64,000 bases of DNA from an uncultured Chloroflexia bacterium (lineage in GTDB: Bacteria > Chloroflexota > Anaerolineae > CG2-30-64-16), in contig CAVZDU010000006.1 of assembly GCA_963774265.1 (NCBI GenBank), positions 320,001-384,000 on the forward strand, read 5' to 3'. Below, piece by piece: positions 53,393 to 64,000 of this stretch. The notes below the pieces were generated by a model. It worked only from the letters and a program-made list of their open reading frames with translations. It ran no database searches and had not been told where the DNA came from. The stretch's first letter is position 1, and the number at the start of each line of letters is the position of its first letter. The position numbers were made by a program, and so were the translations under genes.

Positions 53393-54475
53393 GTGTCAGA
53401 ACTGCGTCGTGATCCCGTGATGGGCCGCTGGGTGATCGTAGCACCTGAGCGCGGCCTACGGCCGGACCAGGTGCCCTCCATCGCGAGCCCCCGTCAGCCT
53501 GCACCGTGTGTCTTTTGCGGCGGTCAGGAGTCATTGGACCCTCATGAAATCTTCGCCATTCGAACGAACGGCACCGCGGCCAACACGCCGGGCTGGAAAG
53601 TCCGCGTACTGCCCAACAAGTTTCCCGTGCTCCGCATCGAGGGCAAGCTGGTCCGGGAAGGCGTCGGCATCTTCGACATGATGACCGGCGTCGGCGCGCA
53701 TGAGGTCATCGTCGAGACGCCCGAGCACTCACAGGAGCTGGCGGAGCTGAGCGAAGGCCAGGTCAGCGATGTCTTGCGCGCGTACCGCGAGCGGATGCAG
53801 GATCTGAGCGGCGACGACCGCTTCAAGTATGTCCTGATCTTCAAGAACCAGGGCTATCAGGCCGGCGCGACCATGTCTCATGCGCACTCACAACTGATCG
53901 CGACGCCGGTCACGCCCAAACGCGTCAAGGAAGAGCTCCAGGGCGCGCAGCGTTACTACGACTTCAAGCGGCGCTGCGTCTTCTGCGACATCATCAGGCA
54001 AGAGACGCGGCTGACGCGCGAACGAGTGGTATTCGAGAACGATCTCTTTGTCGTGCTGTCGCCATTCGCCGCCCGGGCGCCCTTTGAGACGTGGGTGCTG
54101 CCGAAGCAGCACAACAGCGATTTCCTCAACATCAGCCAAGCAGAGTTCGGCGGGCTGGCGCAGGCGCTCAAGACCGTTCTACTCAAGATGCGCTATGGCC
54201 TGAACGATCCGCCATTCAACTTCCTGATCCACACCGCGCCCTTCCGGCGCCCGCGGCCGGGCTACTGGTCCACGATCCAGTACGACTATCACTGGCACCT
54301 GGAAATCATCCCGCGCCTGACGCGACCGGCGGGATTTGAGGAAGGGTCGGGGTTCTACATCAACACCGTGACCCCGGAGGATGCCGCCCAGATCCTGGCA
54401 GATGCGCCGCTTGCGCCGAAGGCGGTCGAGGTGAAAGCCGAAGTCAAGGCCGAAGAGATGGCGGTCGCAGCATAG
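53393..54475 (+). CDS. galT: Galactose-1-phosphate uridylyltransferase
   Basis: SELRRDP, CVFC, PNKFP, GAHEVIVETP, FKNQG..AGATMSHAHSQ, HWHLEIIPRL. Confidence 0.93.
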   Translation: MSELRRDPVMGRWVIVAPERGLRPDQVPSIASPRQPAPCVFCGGQESLDPHEIFAIRTNGTAANTPGWKVRVLPNKFPVLRIEGKLVREGVGIFDMMTGVGAHEVIVETPEHSQELAELSEGQVSDVLRAYRERMQDLSGDDRFKYVLIFKNQGYQAGATMSHAHSQLIATPVTPKRVKEELQGAQRYYDFKRRCVFCDIIRQETRLTRERVVFENDLFVVLSPFAARAPFETWVLPKQHNSDFLNISQAEFGGLAQALKTVLLKMRYGLNDPPFNFLIHTAPFRRPRPGYWSTIQYDYHWHLEIIPRLTRPAGFEEGSGFYINTVTPEDAAQILADAPLAPKAVEVKAEVKAEEMAVAA

Positions 54476-54498
54476 GCTTTTGCGACAGCGCTGACCGA

Positions 54499-54546
54499 GG
54501 CGCCCGGCACGTGCGGTGCCCGGCACTTTGAAAGTGCCGGGCACCT
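54499..54546. repeat. GGTGCCCGGCAC palindromic repeat (REP/terminator-like)
   Basis: GGTGCCCGGCACTTT-G-AAAGTGCCGGGCACC perfect arms plus an extra half copy. Related copy at 62156-62186. Confidence 0.75.
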
Positions 54547-54550
54547 TCGA

Positions 54551-55321
54551 TCAAGGCACAATATCCGCGATCGAGTTGACGATGCGGGTGGGCTGGTAGG
54601 GGAAGCGATCGACATCCTCCGCGTGAGTCACGCCCGAGAGCACGAGGATGGTCTCCATGCCGGTCTGGACGCCGCCGATGATGTCAGTGTCCATGCGGTC
54701 GCCAACCATGACGGTGTCTTCGGAATGGGCGCCGATGGAATTGAGCGCGAGGCGCAGCATCAAGGGGTTGGGTTTGCCGACGAAGAAGGCGCTGATCCCG
54801 CTGGCCCGCTCGATGAGCGCGGCGACTGCACCGCACGCTGGGACGATGCCGCCTTCGCCCGGTCCCATCGCGTCGGGATTGGTGGCGATGAAGCGTGCGC
54901 CCGCGGCCACCAGTCGCGTGGCCTGGGTTAGCTGTTCGAGCGAGTAGTTAGCCGCCTCGCCCAGCACGACGTAGTCGGGATCGCGCTCAGTGATCACGTA
55001 GCCCTCGCTGTGCACCGCGAACGTCAGCCCGCTCTCGCCGATGACGTAGGCGGTGCCGTACGGACGCTGGGCGGAGATGAAGCGCGCGGTGGCCATCGCG
55101 GATGTGAAGATGCACTCCGGGGGGATCTCGAGCCCGCTGCCTGCAAGCCGGAAAGACAGGTCACCCGGGGTGTAGCGCGAGTTGTTGGTCAGGATGAGGA
55201 ATTTCGCGCCCCGGCTGCGCAGCCGGCCGATGAATTCGTTTGCGCCTGGGATGCCGATGCCGCCGGTGACCAGCACGCCGTCCATGTCGATCAGGTAGTT
55301 CTTGGGTTCGTCCTTCTTCAT
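54551..55321 (-). CDS. HAD-IIA hydrolase (NagD-like)
   Basis: [35 protein letters not shown]. Confidence 0.92.
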   Translation of the reverse strand: MKKDEPKNYLIDMDGVLVTGGIGIPGANEFIGRLRSRGAKFLILTNNSRYTPGDLSFRLAGSGLEIPPECIFTSAMATARFISAQRPYGTAYVIGESGLTFAVHSEGYVITERDPDYVVLGEAANYSLEQLTQATRLVAAGARFIATNPDAMGPGEGGIVPACGAVAALIERASGISAFFVGKPNPLMLRLALNSIGAHSEDTVMVGDRMDTDIIGGVQTGMETILVLSGVTHAEDVDRFPYQPTRIVNSIADIVP

Positions 55322-55361
55322 ATCCTTCCCCTTTGTTTTCTCCGGGCCCACTGGACCTGTC

Positions 55362-56111
55362 TCAGTCAAACAAGGCCGGAAGCACATGGAGCAGTTCCGG
55401 CAGTTCTTTCACGCGGGCGTCAGGAATAATCGCCGGATGGCTTTCCACACGATGATCGACCTCGATGAGCACCGCCTTCATGCCGACCGCATGGGGTCCG
55501 CCAACATCGGGGATCAGGCGATCGCCCACGTACACCGCGTTCTCGGCCGCCAGGCCCAACCGATCGAGCGCAACCTGGAAGATCTTGGGATGCGGCTTGG
55601 CAACGCCTATGTCCGAAGAATAAATCCGGACATCAAGTAATTCGGACAGGCCCCAGCGCTGCAGGTTAGCGCTCAGGAAACGGCCGGGCTGAATGGTGTT
55701 CGAAATTGCGCCGAGCAGCAGGCCGCGCGATTTCAGCGCGGCCAACGTGTCAACTGCACCCTCGCGCAACGGAGTGACCGGCCCGGCCTCGCCCCGGCAG
55801 TAAGCTTCGCCGGCCGCTTCGACTAACTCGTCATCCGCCGGAAGTCCCCGTGCCTGAAGGAACCGCCGCATCACCGTGAAGATGTCGATCCCCCATTGTT
55901 CGGCCAGTGCGGCCTGGTACTGCCCTTCGCTATCGGCTGCCAGCGCCTCGCAGAACGCGTCTCGTTGACCCAGGGTGGCGCCTCGCGCAGCCAGGGCTTC
56001 ATAGACGCGGCCGGCGCGCAGCCTCACACGTTCCTCGTAACTGCCCCGGCCCTCTCCAAGATCGACGATCGTGTCGCCCATATCGAACAACACGGCCTTG
56101 AGTTCCGCCAC
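55362..56111 (-). CDS. HAD-IA family hydrolase
   Basis: [29 protein letters not shown]. Confidence 0.9.
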   Translation of the reverse strand: MAELKAVLFDMGDTIVDLGEGRGSYEERVRLRAGRVYEALAARGATLGQRDAFCEALAADSEGQYQAALAEQWGIDIFTVMRRFLQARGLPADDELVEAAGEAYCRGEAGPVTPLREGAVDTLAALKSRGLLLGAISNTIQPGRFLSANLQRWGLSELLDVRIYSSDIGVAKPHPKIFQVALDRLGLAAENAVYVGDRLIPDVGGPHAVGMKAVLIEVDHRVESHPAIIPDARVKELPELLHVLPALFD

Positions 56112-56118
56112 CTTGCCC

Positions 56119-57243
56119 TTATCTCCCCTTCATATGTGCGAGCCGCAGCGCCGCTTGGGGATCGAGCGGCTGGTCGAGCACGGCCAGGTTCTCGCGTACG
56201 TGCTCAACGCGTGTGCTGCCGAACAAGGCCGAGGCAACCCCCGGCAGCGAACGGACAAACTGCAGGCTGCGCTGGTCCCTGCTGCCAAGCGAACCAAACA
56301 CCGTCTGCAGGGCTTCCTGCACACGCGGCGATATCTGTCCCTGCCCCAAGGCGGCACTGGCCACCACTGTCAAGCCCAGGTCGGCCGCGGCCAAGAGCAC
56401 GGACAGGATGCTGTTTTTCACCGGTTGATTACGTAAAGTCGCAGCTTCGGACATGGCGGGGCTGAGCGGTAATTGTATCACGCGCAGGTGATGATCCGGG
56501 CCTGCAACCTCGGTCACGAGCCGCACGAGCACCTCCAGGCTCATGTAGTTGTCTGAGAGTGGCGCCTCGCGTAGCCCTTCCCAGGTCGCCAGTCCGTAAC
56601 AACCAAGACGTCCCGCGCTGACCTCTTCCTCCAGCCGTGCGCACGCGAGCTGCAAGCGGCGGCGGAAGGTTGTGCGATCGACAAACGCGAGCTGCGTTTC
56701 AGGGTTCTGCAGATAGAAGATGTCCAGGGTGCGCAGCCCCGTGTTGCGGAGGCTCCAGGTGATCTGCTGGCCGATAAAGTCCGGGGCCATGCAGTGGATG
56801 CCGCCGGCAAAATCGTCAGGCTCGGCGATGCCTGGCGCGATGAAGTGATCGTACACGTAGTGGCCCGCGTCGCCGGGTGCGGTCACCTGGTACGGGATGA
56901 ACCCGGCCTTGCTGGCCACGATCAGCTCGTCGCGTTGGGCTGCGCCGCTCGCAATCAGCTCGGCCAGGGCCCGCCCCAGGACGACTTCGCTGCGCTGGCC
57001 GCGGTAGCTGACCGCGACGTCGAAATGGTTGCACCCCGCTCGCACCGCGGCGTCGACTGCTGCACAATAACGCGCGTCGACTTCGTCGGTCGGGTCGCCC
57101 CCCGCTAAGCCAAAGCCGATCGAGGAAATCGCCAGGCCCTGGAAGACGCGGAAATGGCCGCTGACCGCGGCGGACGGCGCCACGGCGTGCTGTCGCGCGG
57201 CGAAGCGGCCGGTCCCTGCGGGGGTCGCGTGGCCCTGGAGCGC

Positions 57244-57246
<3 letters not shown>
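56119..57246 (-). CDS. Aldo/keto reductase family protein
   Basis: [44 protein letters not shown]. Confidence 0.82.
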
Positions 57247-58374
<1,128 letters not shown>

Positions 58375-58389
58375 TCACCGTACCAATAG

Positions 58390-58690
58390 AAAACGCCCCG
58401 TCCCTGGCATAGCCAGGGACGAGGCGCAATTCCTCGCGGTACCACCCTGATTGGCCGGCGAACGCCGGCCCCCTCTGCCGATACGGCAGCGACTCCCGAC
58501 GTCGCACTGCACGCCCAGATAACGGAGGCGTCATCGGCGCGCCTCTGGTAACGGTGGCGTCTCCGGCAACAGCTTCTTCAGGCTCCGACTCCCCGGCCCA
58601 TTCGCCGACACCGTGGCTGCCTCGTTCGCACCCATCGGAGGCTCTCTGAAGCCCACTTCGCCGCTTACTTGCCCGGTTCACAGTCTTTGA
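58390..58690 (-). promoter_or_regulatory. T-box riboswitch with Trp (UGG) specifier and terminator
   Basis: T-box AATCAGGGTGGTACCGCG (58452-58435), stem I AGTA/AGAGA/GGTGCGA motifs, GAA-UGG at 58603-58598, terminator 58426-58394 followed by TTTT. Confidence 0.93.
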
Positions 58691-58711
58691 TTGTGATCGA
58701 TTGTGACGGAG

Positions 58712-58741
58712 AGTATGCCACAGGGCTCGGACGGCTGTCAA
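58712..58741 (-). promoter_or_regulatory. Promoter of the trpS leader
   Basis: TTGACA-18bp-CATACT. Confidence 0.6.
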
Positions 58742-59000
58742 ACGAACCGAGCTAAACTGGCGATTCAAATGTCCGCCGTTAATTGACATTACGCGTAGAA
58801 CGGATATGTTAGAGACAAGTGCGTAACGCATCCTCGGCCTTGACCTGTCCCTCTGTCACCATCGCGTGCGCTTCAGTACTGTCGGCGCTGGCACACTGAC
58901 AAGGTTGTCAGTTTATGGCGCGTATTGGCTAGCCTGACACATCAGGCAGCTGTCTCGCTGCGTCCTGGTATGCTGTGCAGACTGAGGACATGCTCGCAGG

Positions 59001-59230
59001 ATGGACGTGCGACGACACGAGCCGGCGATCACCGGCGAATGGGAATGTATGGAGTGCGGCTATATCGAAGAAGGGCATGCCGGACGCAGCCGCCGCAGAC
59101 CTGTCCGGATTGCAGCGCCGCCGCAAGGCCCTGGAGTTCTTCCCGTACGGGATGACCTGGACGAAGACACCGGGGAAGCCGAGCCGTTCGAAGAACTGGT
59201 CGAGGACGACGAATCGATGACGAGGGATGA
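59001..59230 (+). CDS. Small rubredoxin-like (CxxC...CxxC) protein with acidic tail, frameshifted
   Basis: WECMECGYIEEG and TCPDC in different frames, then LEFFPY and DDLDEDTGEAEPFEELVEDDE. Confidence 0.5.
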
Positions 59231-59320
59231 AGGGTTATGCCGATCGATCAGCATAACGGGGTATTTCAGGAGGACGATGCCACTCGCGTGGCTGGACGAC
59301 TGCAAATTAGCTGGGTAACC

Positions 59321-59475
59321 ACCGGCAAGAGGCCATTCTAGGGTTTCCGCCGCCGGTAGGGCCCGATACAAACGACCGAACACCCCTGCGACCATGTGCA
59401 GATCACCTGGCGGCGCTGGCTTTCAGCGACCGACGGGCGGTCTGTATTGCCTGATCGTTGCAGGGGTTTTGTTTT
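59321..59475 (+). promoter_or_regulatory. Structured 5' leader, candidate riboswitch/attenuator upstream of the KamA-like gene
   Basis: ACCGGC/GCCGGT pairing, GGCCATTCTA...GGCCCGATACAAACGACC block, long hairpin ACCCCTGCGAC/GTTGCAGGGGT followed by TTTGTTTT. Confidence 0.5.
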
Positions 59476-59506
59476 GCCCGGAAAGCATCTTACCGTGAGG
59501 ATAGTC

Positions 59507-60871
59507 ATGAACAATGTTATCGAACTCGAGACTTGGTGGAAGAGTCACCTCACGCAGCTGAGGAGCCTCCCCAACGGAGCGCCCTGGCCGCGATCGACGC
59601 GCAGGGTGAGCGCAAGTCGCGCCGCGCGCCATCTGGGCCGATGTGCCCGACGCGCAGTGGAACGATTGGCGCTGGCAGCTCAGTCACCGGCTGAATTCGC
59701 TGGAGGAGCTGAGCCAGATCATCAACCTGACACCAGAGGAAGTCGAAGGCTGCCGCAGCCACCACTTCCGGGTGGACATCACCCCGTACTTCGCTTCGCT
59801 GATCGACCCCGACGACCCGAACTGCCCGATCCGCCGCCAGGTGATCCCGACCGGCAAGGAGTTGGTCGGCGTTCGACGGCATGGTGGCAGACTCGCTGAA
59901 CGAAGACGCCCATAGCCCGGTGCCCGGCCTGGTGCATCGCTATCCCGACCGGGTGCTGATGCTGGTCACGACCCAGTGCGCCAGCTACTGCCGCTACTGC
60001 ACGCGCAGCCGCCTGGTGGGCGACCCGAGCGCGCAGTTCAGCCGCAGCGACTACGACGCGCAGATCGACTACATCGCGCGCACGCCGCAGGTCCGCGACG
60101 TGCTGCTCTCGCGGCGGCGACCCGCTGATCCTGCCGCCGCAGGATCCTGGAGGACATGCTGCGCCGGCTGCGGGCCATCCAGCACGTCGAGATCATCCGC
60201 ATCGGCAGCCGCGTGCCGGTCTTCCTGCCGCAGCGCATCACGCCCGAGCTGGTGGCGATGCTGCGCCAGTTCCATCCGCTGTGGATGAACATCCACTTCA
60301 ACCACGCGAAGGAGCTGACGCCCGAGGTCGTCGCAGGCCGCTGGCCCGCCTGGCCGACGCGGGCATCCCGCTGGGCGCGCAGACCGTGCTGCTGGCCGGC
60401 GTCAACGACTCGGTCGAGGTGATGAAGGAGCTGGTGCACAAGCTGGTGCGCAACCGCGTGCGGCCCTACTACCTCTACCAGTGCGACCTGGTGGAGGGCG
60501 CCGGCCACTTCCGCACGACGGTCAGCAAGGGCATCGAGATCATCGAGGGGCTGCGCGGGCACACCAGCGGCTACGCCATCCCGACCTACGTGGTCGATGC
60601 GCCCGGCGGCGGCGGCAAGATCCCGGTCATGCCGCAGTACCTGATCAGCCAGGCGCCGGGCAAGGTGGTGCTGCGCAACTTCGAGGGCTTCATCACCACC
60701 TACGACGAGCCGAACGACTACACGGGCCACACCGTCGCCCGGCCCGAGCGGGCAGCTGCCGAAGCCGGCGACGCGGGCAGGAAGGCGTCTCACGGCCTGC
60801 TGTCGGGCGAGCGCGATCACATCAAGCCGGAAGGCTTCGACCGGACGCATGCACGCTCGGCAGGTCCGTGA
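59507..60871 (+). CDS. kamA: Lysine 2,3-aminomutase (KamA family radical SAM), frameshifted
   Basis: [80 protein letters not shown]. Confidence 0.88.
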
Positions 60872-61085
60872 GGAAGCGCTGCCGCTCGGGCCGCTCGACT
60901 GGCAGGTGTCAACGGCCGGAATCGGTCGACCGGTCGCAACGGCGCCGGCGAGCGATAGCGGGAACGGGCATAAGCCGCTGATTGAGCCGCAGAGACTGCA
61001 TAGAGTCACGCGCAGATGACAGCTGCATCAGCGTCTGTCATCGGCGTCTTCTGATGCAACGAACGTCCACGAGAGAACGCCACCC

Positions 61086-62156
61086 ATGGGCTTGAACGTC
61101 GCCGTCCTGGCGAACCTGAAGAAGAACGCGCCGCACTATGCGGGCATGCCCGCCGACGCGTGGGATGACCTGGATTCCGACATCACGGTCAACGCCATCG
61201 TCGCGGCCCTGGAGGCGGGCGGGCACCGGGCGACGTTCCTGGAAGGCAACCTGACGCTGGTCGACGACCTTGCCCAGGCTGAAGCCCGACATCTGCTTCA
61301 ACATCTGCGAGGGGCACTGGGGCGACTCGCCGCGAGTCGCACGTGCCGGCGCATCCTGGAGATGCTGCGCATCCCCTACACCGGCCAGCGGCGTGCTGAC
61401 CCTGGCGCTGACCCTGGACAAGCCGATGACCAAGCGCGTGCTGGCGTTCCACGGCCTGCCGACGCCCGCGTTCCAGGTCTTCGAGCGCGCCGACGAGCCG
61501 CTCGACGCCGATCTGACGCTTCCCGCTGTTCGTCAAACCCAGCCGCGAGGGCACGGGCATGGGGGTCAGCGGGCAATTCGATCGTGCACGACGAAGCGCG
61601 AGCTGCGCGACCAGCTGGCCGAGCAGCTCGCGCGCTACCGCCAGCCGATCCTGGTCGAGCGCTTCATCCGCGGCCGCGAGGTGACGGTCGGCGTGATCGG
61701 CAACTCTGACGCGCCGGTCGCCTGGCGCGTGCCGGAGGATGAGCAGGCCGCCCGCGTGCATCGAGGGGCTGCACTTCCTGCCACCGCTCGAGGTCGACTT
61801 CGCCGCCTACCCGGAGAGCGAAGGCGGCGTCTACACCAACCGCATGAAGACGGAGTGGGCGCACGATTTCCGCTATTCTGTGCCCGGCGCCGCTGGATGC
61901 CGGCGCTGGTGGAGCAGCTGCAACTGGCTGACGGCCGCGGTCTTCCGCGTGACCGGCTGCCGTGGATGTCGCGCGCGTGGACTTCCGACTGGACGCGGAC
62001 GACGGCGACCAGCCGTACATCCTGGAGGTGAACCCGCTGCCCGGCCTCTATCCCGGCTTGAGCGACCTGGTGCTGGAGGCTGAAGCCGAGGGGATGAGTT
62101 ACGCCGCGCTCATCAACGCGATCCTAGATGTGGCGCGGGCAAGGTATGGGGTGTAG
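61086..62156 (+). CDS. D-Ala-D-Ala ligase-like ATP-grasp enzyme, frameshifted
   Basis: PDICFNICEG, LEMLRIPYTG, LDKPMTK, LFVKP..EG.GMG, VERFIRGREVTVG, ARVDFRLD, LEVNPLPGL. Confidence 0.85.
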
Positions 62157-62186
62157 ATAGGTGCCCCAAGGTGCCGGGCACCTATC
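62156..62186. terminator. Inverted repeat between convergent genes
   Basis: GATAGGTGCCC-N9-GGGCACCTATC. Shares GTGCCGGGCACCT with 54534-54546. Confidence 0.65.
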
Positions 62187-64000
62187 ATATCGGGATGCAC
62201 ACCTGAATCTGTGTGCCGCAATCTCGCTCACTGATGATTTCGAAGGTGCCGCCGAGATTCTGGGCGCGCTCTCGCATCGAGTGCAATCCCAGGTGACCCG
62301 GATACTCGGCCGTTGGATCAAAGCCCGCGCCGTTGTCGCGCACCTCCAGAACCAGTCCACCGTCCGCACACATCAGGCTGACTTCCAGCCGGCCGGGCTG
62401 CGCGTGCTTGACCGCATTCTGCAGCGCTTCCTGGGCGATGCGATAGAACGCCTCTTTGACCGGAAGCGGTACGTCGGGTTCATCGCACAGGCTGACCTCA
62501 ACCTCGATGTGGTGGCGTGCGCGCAAGGCCTCCACTTGCTTCGTCAGCGCAGCCACCAGGCCTTCCCTCTCCAGTGATTCAGGTCGCAGCTCGAAGATCA
62601 GGGCGCGCATCTCCGTAAGCCCCGCATGGGCCAGTGAGAGCGCGAAGTCCAATGCCTCGCGCGTTTTCGCGCGGTCCGCATCAAGCTGAGCCAGCGCGGA
62701 GTGCACTCCCAGGGAGACACCGTAAAGCGCCTGTGAGACTGAGTCATGGAGCTCACGCGCCAAGCGCTGCCTTTCCTCCAGTGCGCTGCGTTTCTGCATA
62801 TCCTGCGCCAGCTCCGCTTGCGCCTCGCGGAACGCTTCTTCTGACTGCTTGCGCCTGGTAATGTCCTCGATGATTCCGGCGAAGCGGCGACCTCCTGCCG
62901 GGAATATACTGACGCGCTGATGCCGGCCGACGGCCTGCGCGTACGTCTCGAACTCAGTAGGGGTCTGAGTAGCGACCACCGCCGCAAAACGCGGCAGATA
63001 CTCGGGTATCGCCGCGGGGAAAAGCTCGCTGATGCGCCGGCCGACGATCTGATCGCGGGCGATGCCGGTATGCCGCGGATAGGCGTCGTTCACTTCCAGG
63101 ACCCGCCAGTCCGCGGGCTGGCCTTGCTCGTCATAGAGCAACTCGTACAGCGCGAAGCCTTCCGCCATGTTCTGGAAGAGCAGACGGTACTTCTCTTCGC
63201 TCGCGAGCAGCGCCTCCTGTGCACGCACGCGCTTCGTGACCTCGAAGCCATAGAGGCGCACGACGTTGGATGCAGGAATCACATGAATTGACTCAGCGAA
63301 AATCCTGCTGCCCACCTGCACCTCGCGCTGGAATCTCGACTCCCGTTCTTGATGCAGTTCCTCCAAGATCGTTGCCATATCGTCGGGAAGGAAGGCGCGT
63401 GCGTCGTCTGCCAGGCCCAATTTCTCGAGCGTTTCTGCGACGGCCGGGTTGTGGAACGTGATGGCCCCTGAAGCATCAACTTCCAGGACAGGATTGGGGT
63501 TCAACCGCGGAAAAGAGGACAGGTGCTGGATATCCGCCTCTGCACGCTTGCGCTCGGTGATGTCCATGCCGAAAGCGGCGATCCTGATGATCCTGCCCTC
63601 GCTATCACAGATCGGGTAGACGTGGTTCTCGTACGTCCGGCCTGCCCGCTCATCGACGAAGTGCACGGGTTGAGCGGTCGTCAAGATGCGATCCAGGAGA
63701 GGTCGTCTGCGCTCGCCCACTTCAGGTGGAAAGAAATCGAACAAGGGGGAACCCACTAACCCTTCGACGGTGGCGCCCAATCTCCGCGCGGCCGTCGCAT
63801 TGGATGCCAGGACAATGCCCTCCGTGTCGAACAAGATCGCAGACTCAGACAAGGCATTCATCAGCGCCCGGGCCGTCTCCTCACTGGTCCGCAGCGCCTG
63901 CTCGATCCGTTTGCGCTCAACGACCTCCGCTTGCAGCGCCTGGTTGGCCTGCTCCAATTGGGCCGTGCGCTCCACCACGCGGCTCTCCAGCGCGTCCAGC
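62185..64000 (-). CDS. Multi-PAS sensor histidine kinase (HisKA_3/NarX type), 5' end outside the window
   Basis: Three PAS-like domains, ERQRLARELHDSVSQ, QEALQNAVKHA, DNGAGF, GLHSMRERA. Confidence 0.92.
   Translation of the reverse strand, partial: LDALESRVVERTAQLEQANQALQAEVVERKRIEQALRTSEETARALMNALSESAILFDTEGIVLASNATAARRLGATVEGLVGSPLFDFFPPEVGERRRPLLDRILTTAQPVHFVDERAGRTYENHVYPICDSEGRIIRIAAFGMDITERKRAEADIQHLSSFPRLNPNPVLEVDASGAITFHNPAVAETLEKLGLADDARAFLPDDMATILEELHQERESRFQREVQVGSRIFAESIHVIPASNVVRLYGFEVTKRVRAQEALLASEEKYRLLFQNMAEGFALYELLYDEQGQPADWRVLEVNDAYPRHTGIARDQIVGRRISELFPAAIPEYLPRFAAVVATQTPTEFETYAQAVGRHQRVSIFPAGGRRFAGIIEDITRRKQSEEAFREAQAELAQDMQKRSALEERQRLARELHDSVSQALYGVSLGVHSALAQLDADRAKTREALDFALSLAHAGLTEMRALIFELRPESLEREGLVAALTKQVEALRARHHIEVEVSLCDEPDVPLPVKEAFYRIAQEALQNAVKHAQPGRLEVSLMCADGGLVLEVRDNGAGFDPTAEYPGHLGLHSMRERAQNLGGTFEIISERDCGTQIQVCIPI

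Noticed and set aside
59335-59352. Guanidine-I (ykkC) riboswitch suggested by CTAGGGTTTCCG
   Set aside because: The 3' conserved GGGAUAAAAGCCC-type stem is absent. Kept only as an unassigned structured leader.

Overview
GC-rich bacterial chromosome segment, most consistent with Chloroflexota (Anaerolineae/Caldilineae-like). This lineage call is inferred from gene content: mevalonate thiolase/HMGS/DUF35/HMGR cluster, T-box trpS, CIRCE-hrcA-grpE-dnaK, MalT-like LuxR and Pro/Thr-rich secreted proteins. Left to right: menA (partial), rsmD, GNAT, a surface protein, GT2 and a WcaJ-like transferase, the heat-shock operon, a DUF2089/DUF4097/SHOCT-like module, a ROK kinase, and an accessory stretch (about 14-43 kb). 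The accessory stretch holds an ABC exporter, a MalT-like regulator, a tail-less FtsZ paralog paired with a phosphotransferase, a complete IS256-family element with TIRs and an 8-bp TSD, a BMP nucleoside ABC transporter with a deaminase, and a serpin. Then come the mevalonate cluster, orphan antiporter-like membrane genes, galT, HADs, an AKR, trpS with a Trp T-box, a structured leader preceding a KamA plus ATP-grasp pair, and a PAS histidine kinase (partial). Many conserved genes carry multiple indels that look like sequencing or consensus errors rather than true pseudogenes. Best novelty candidates: (1) putative riboswitch-controlled lysine 2,3-aminomutase plus Ddl-like ligase, (2) tail-less FtsZ plus kinase, (3) a dispersed promoter-containing repeat upstream of three unrelated accessory genes, (4) a triple SHOCT-like module with a heptamer operator array.
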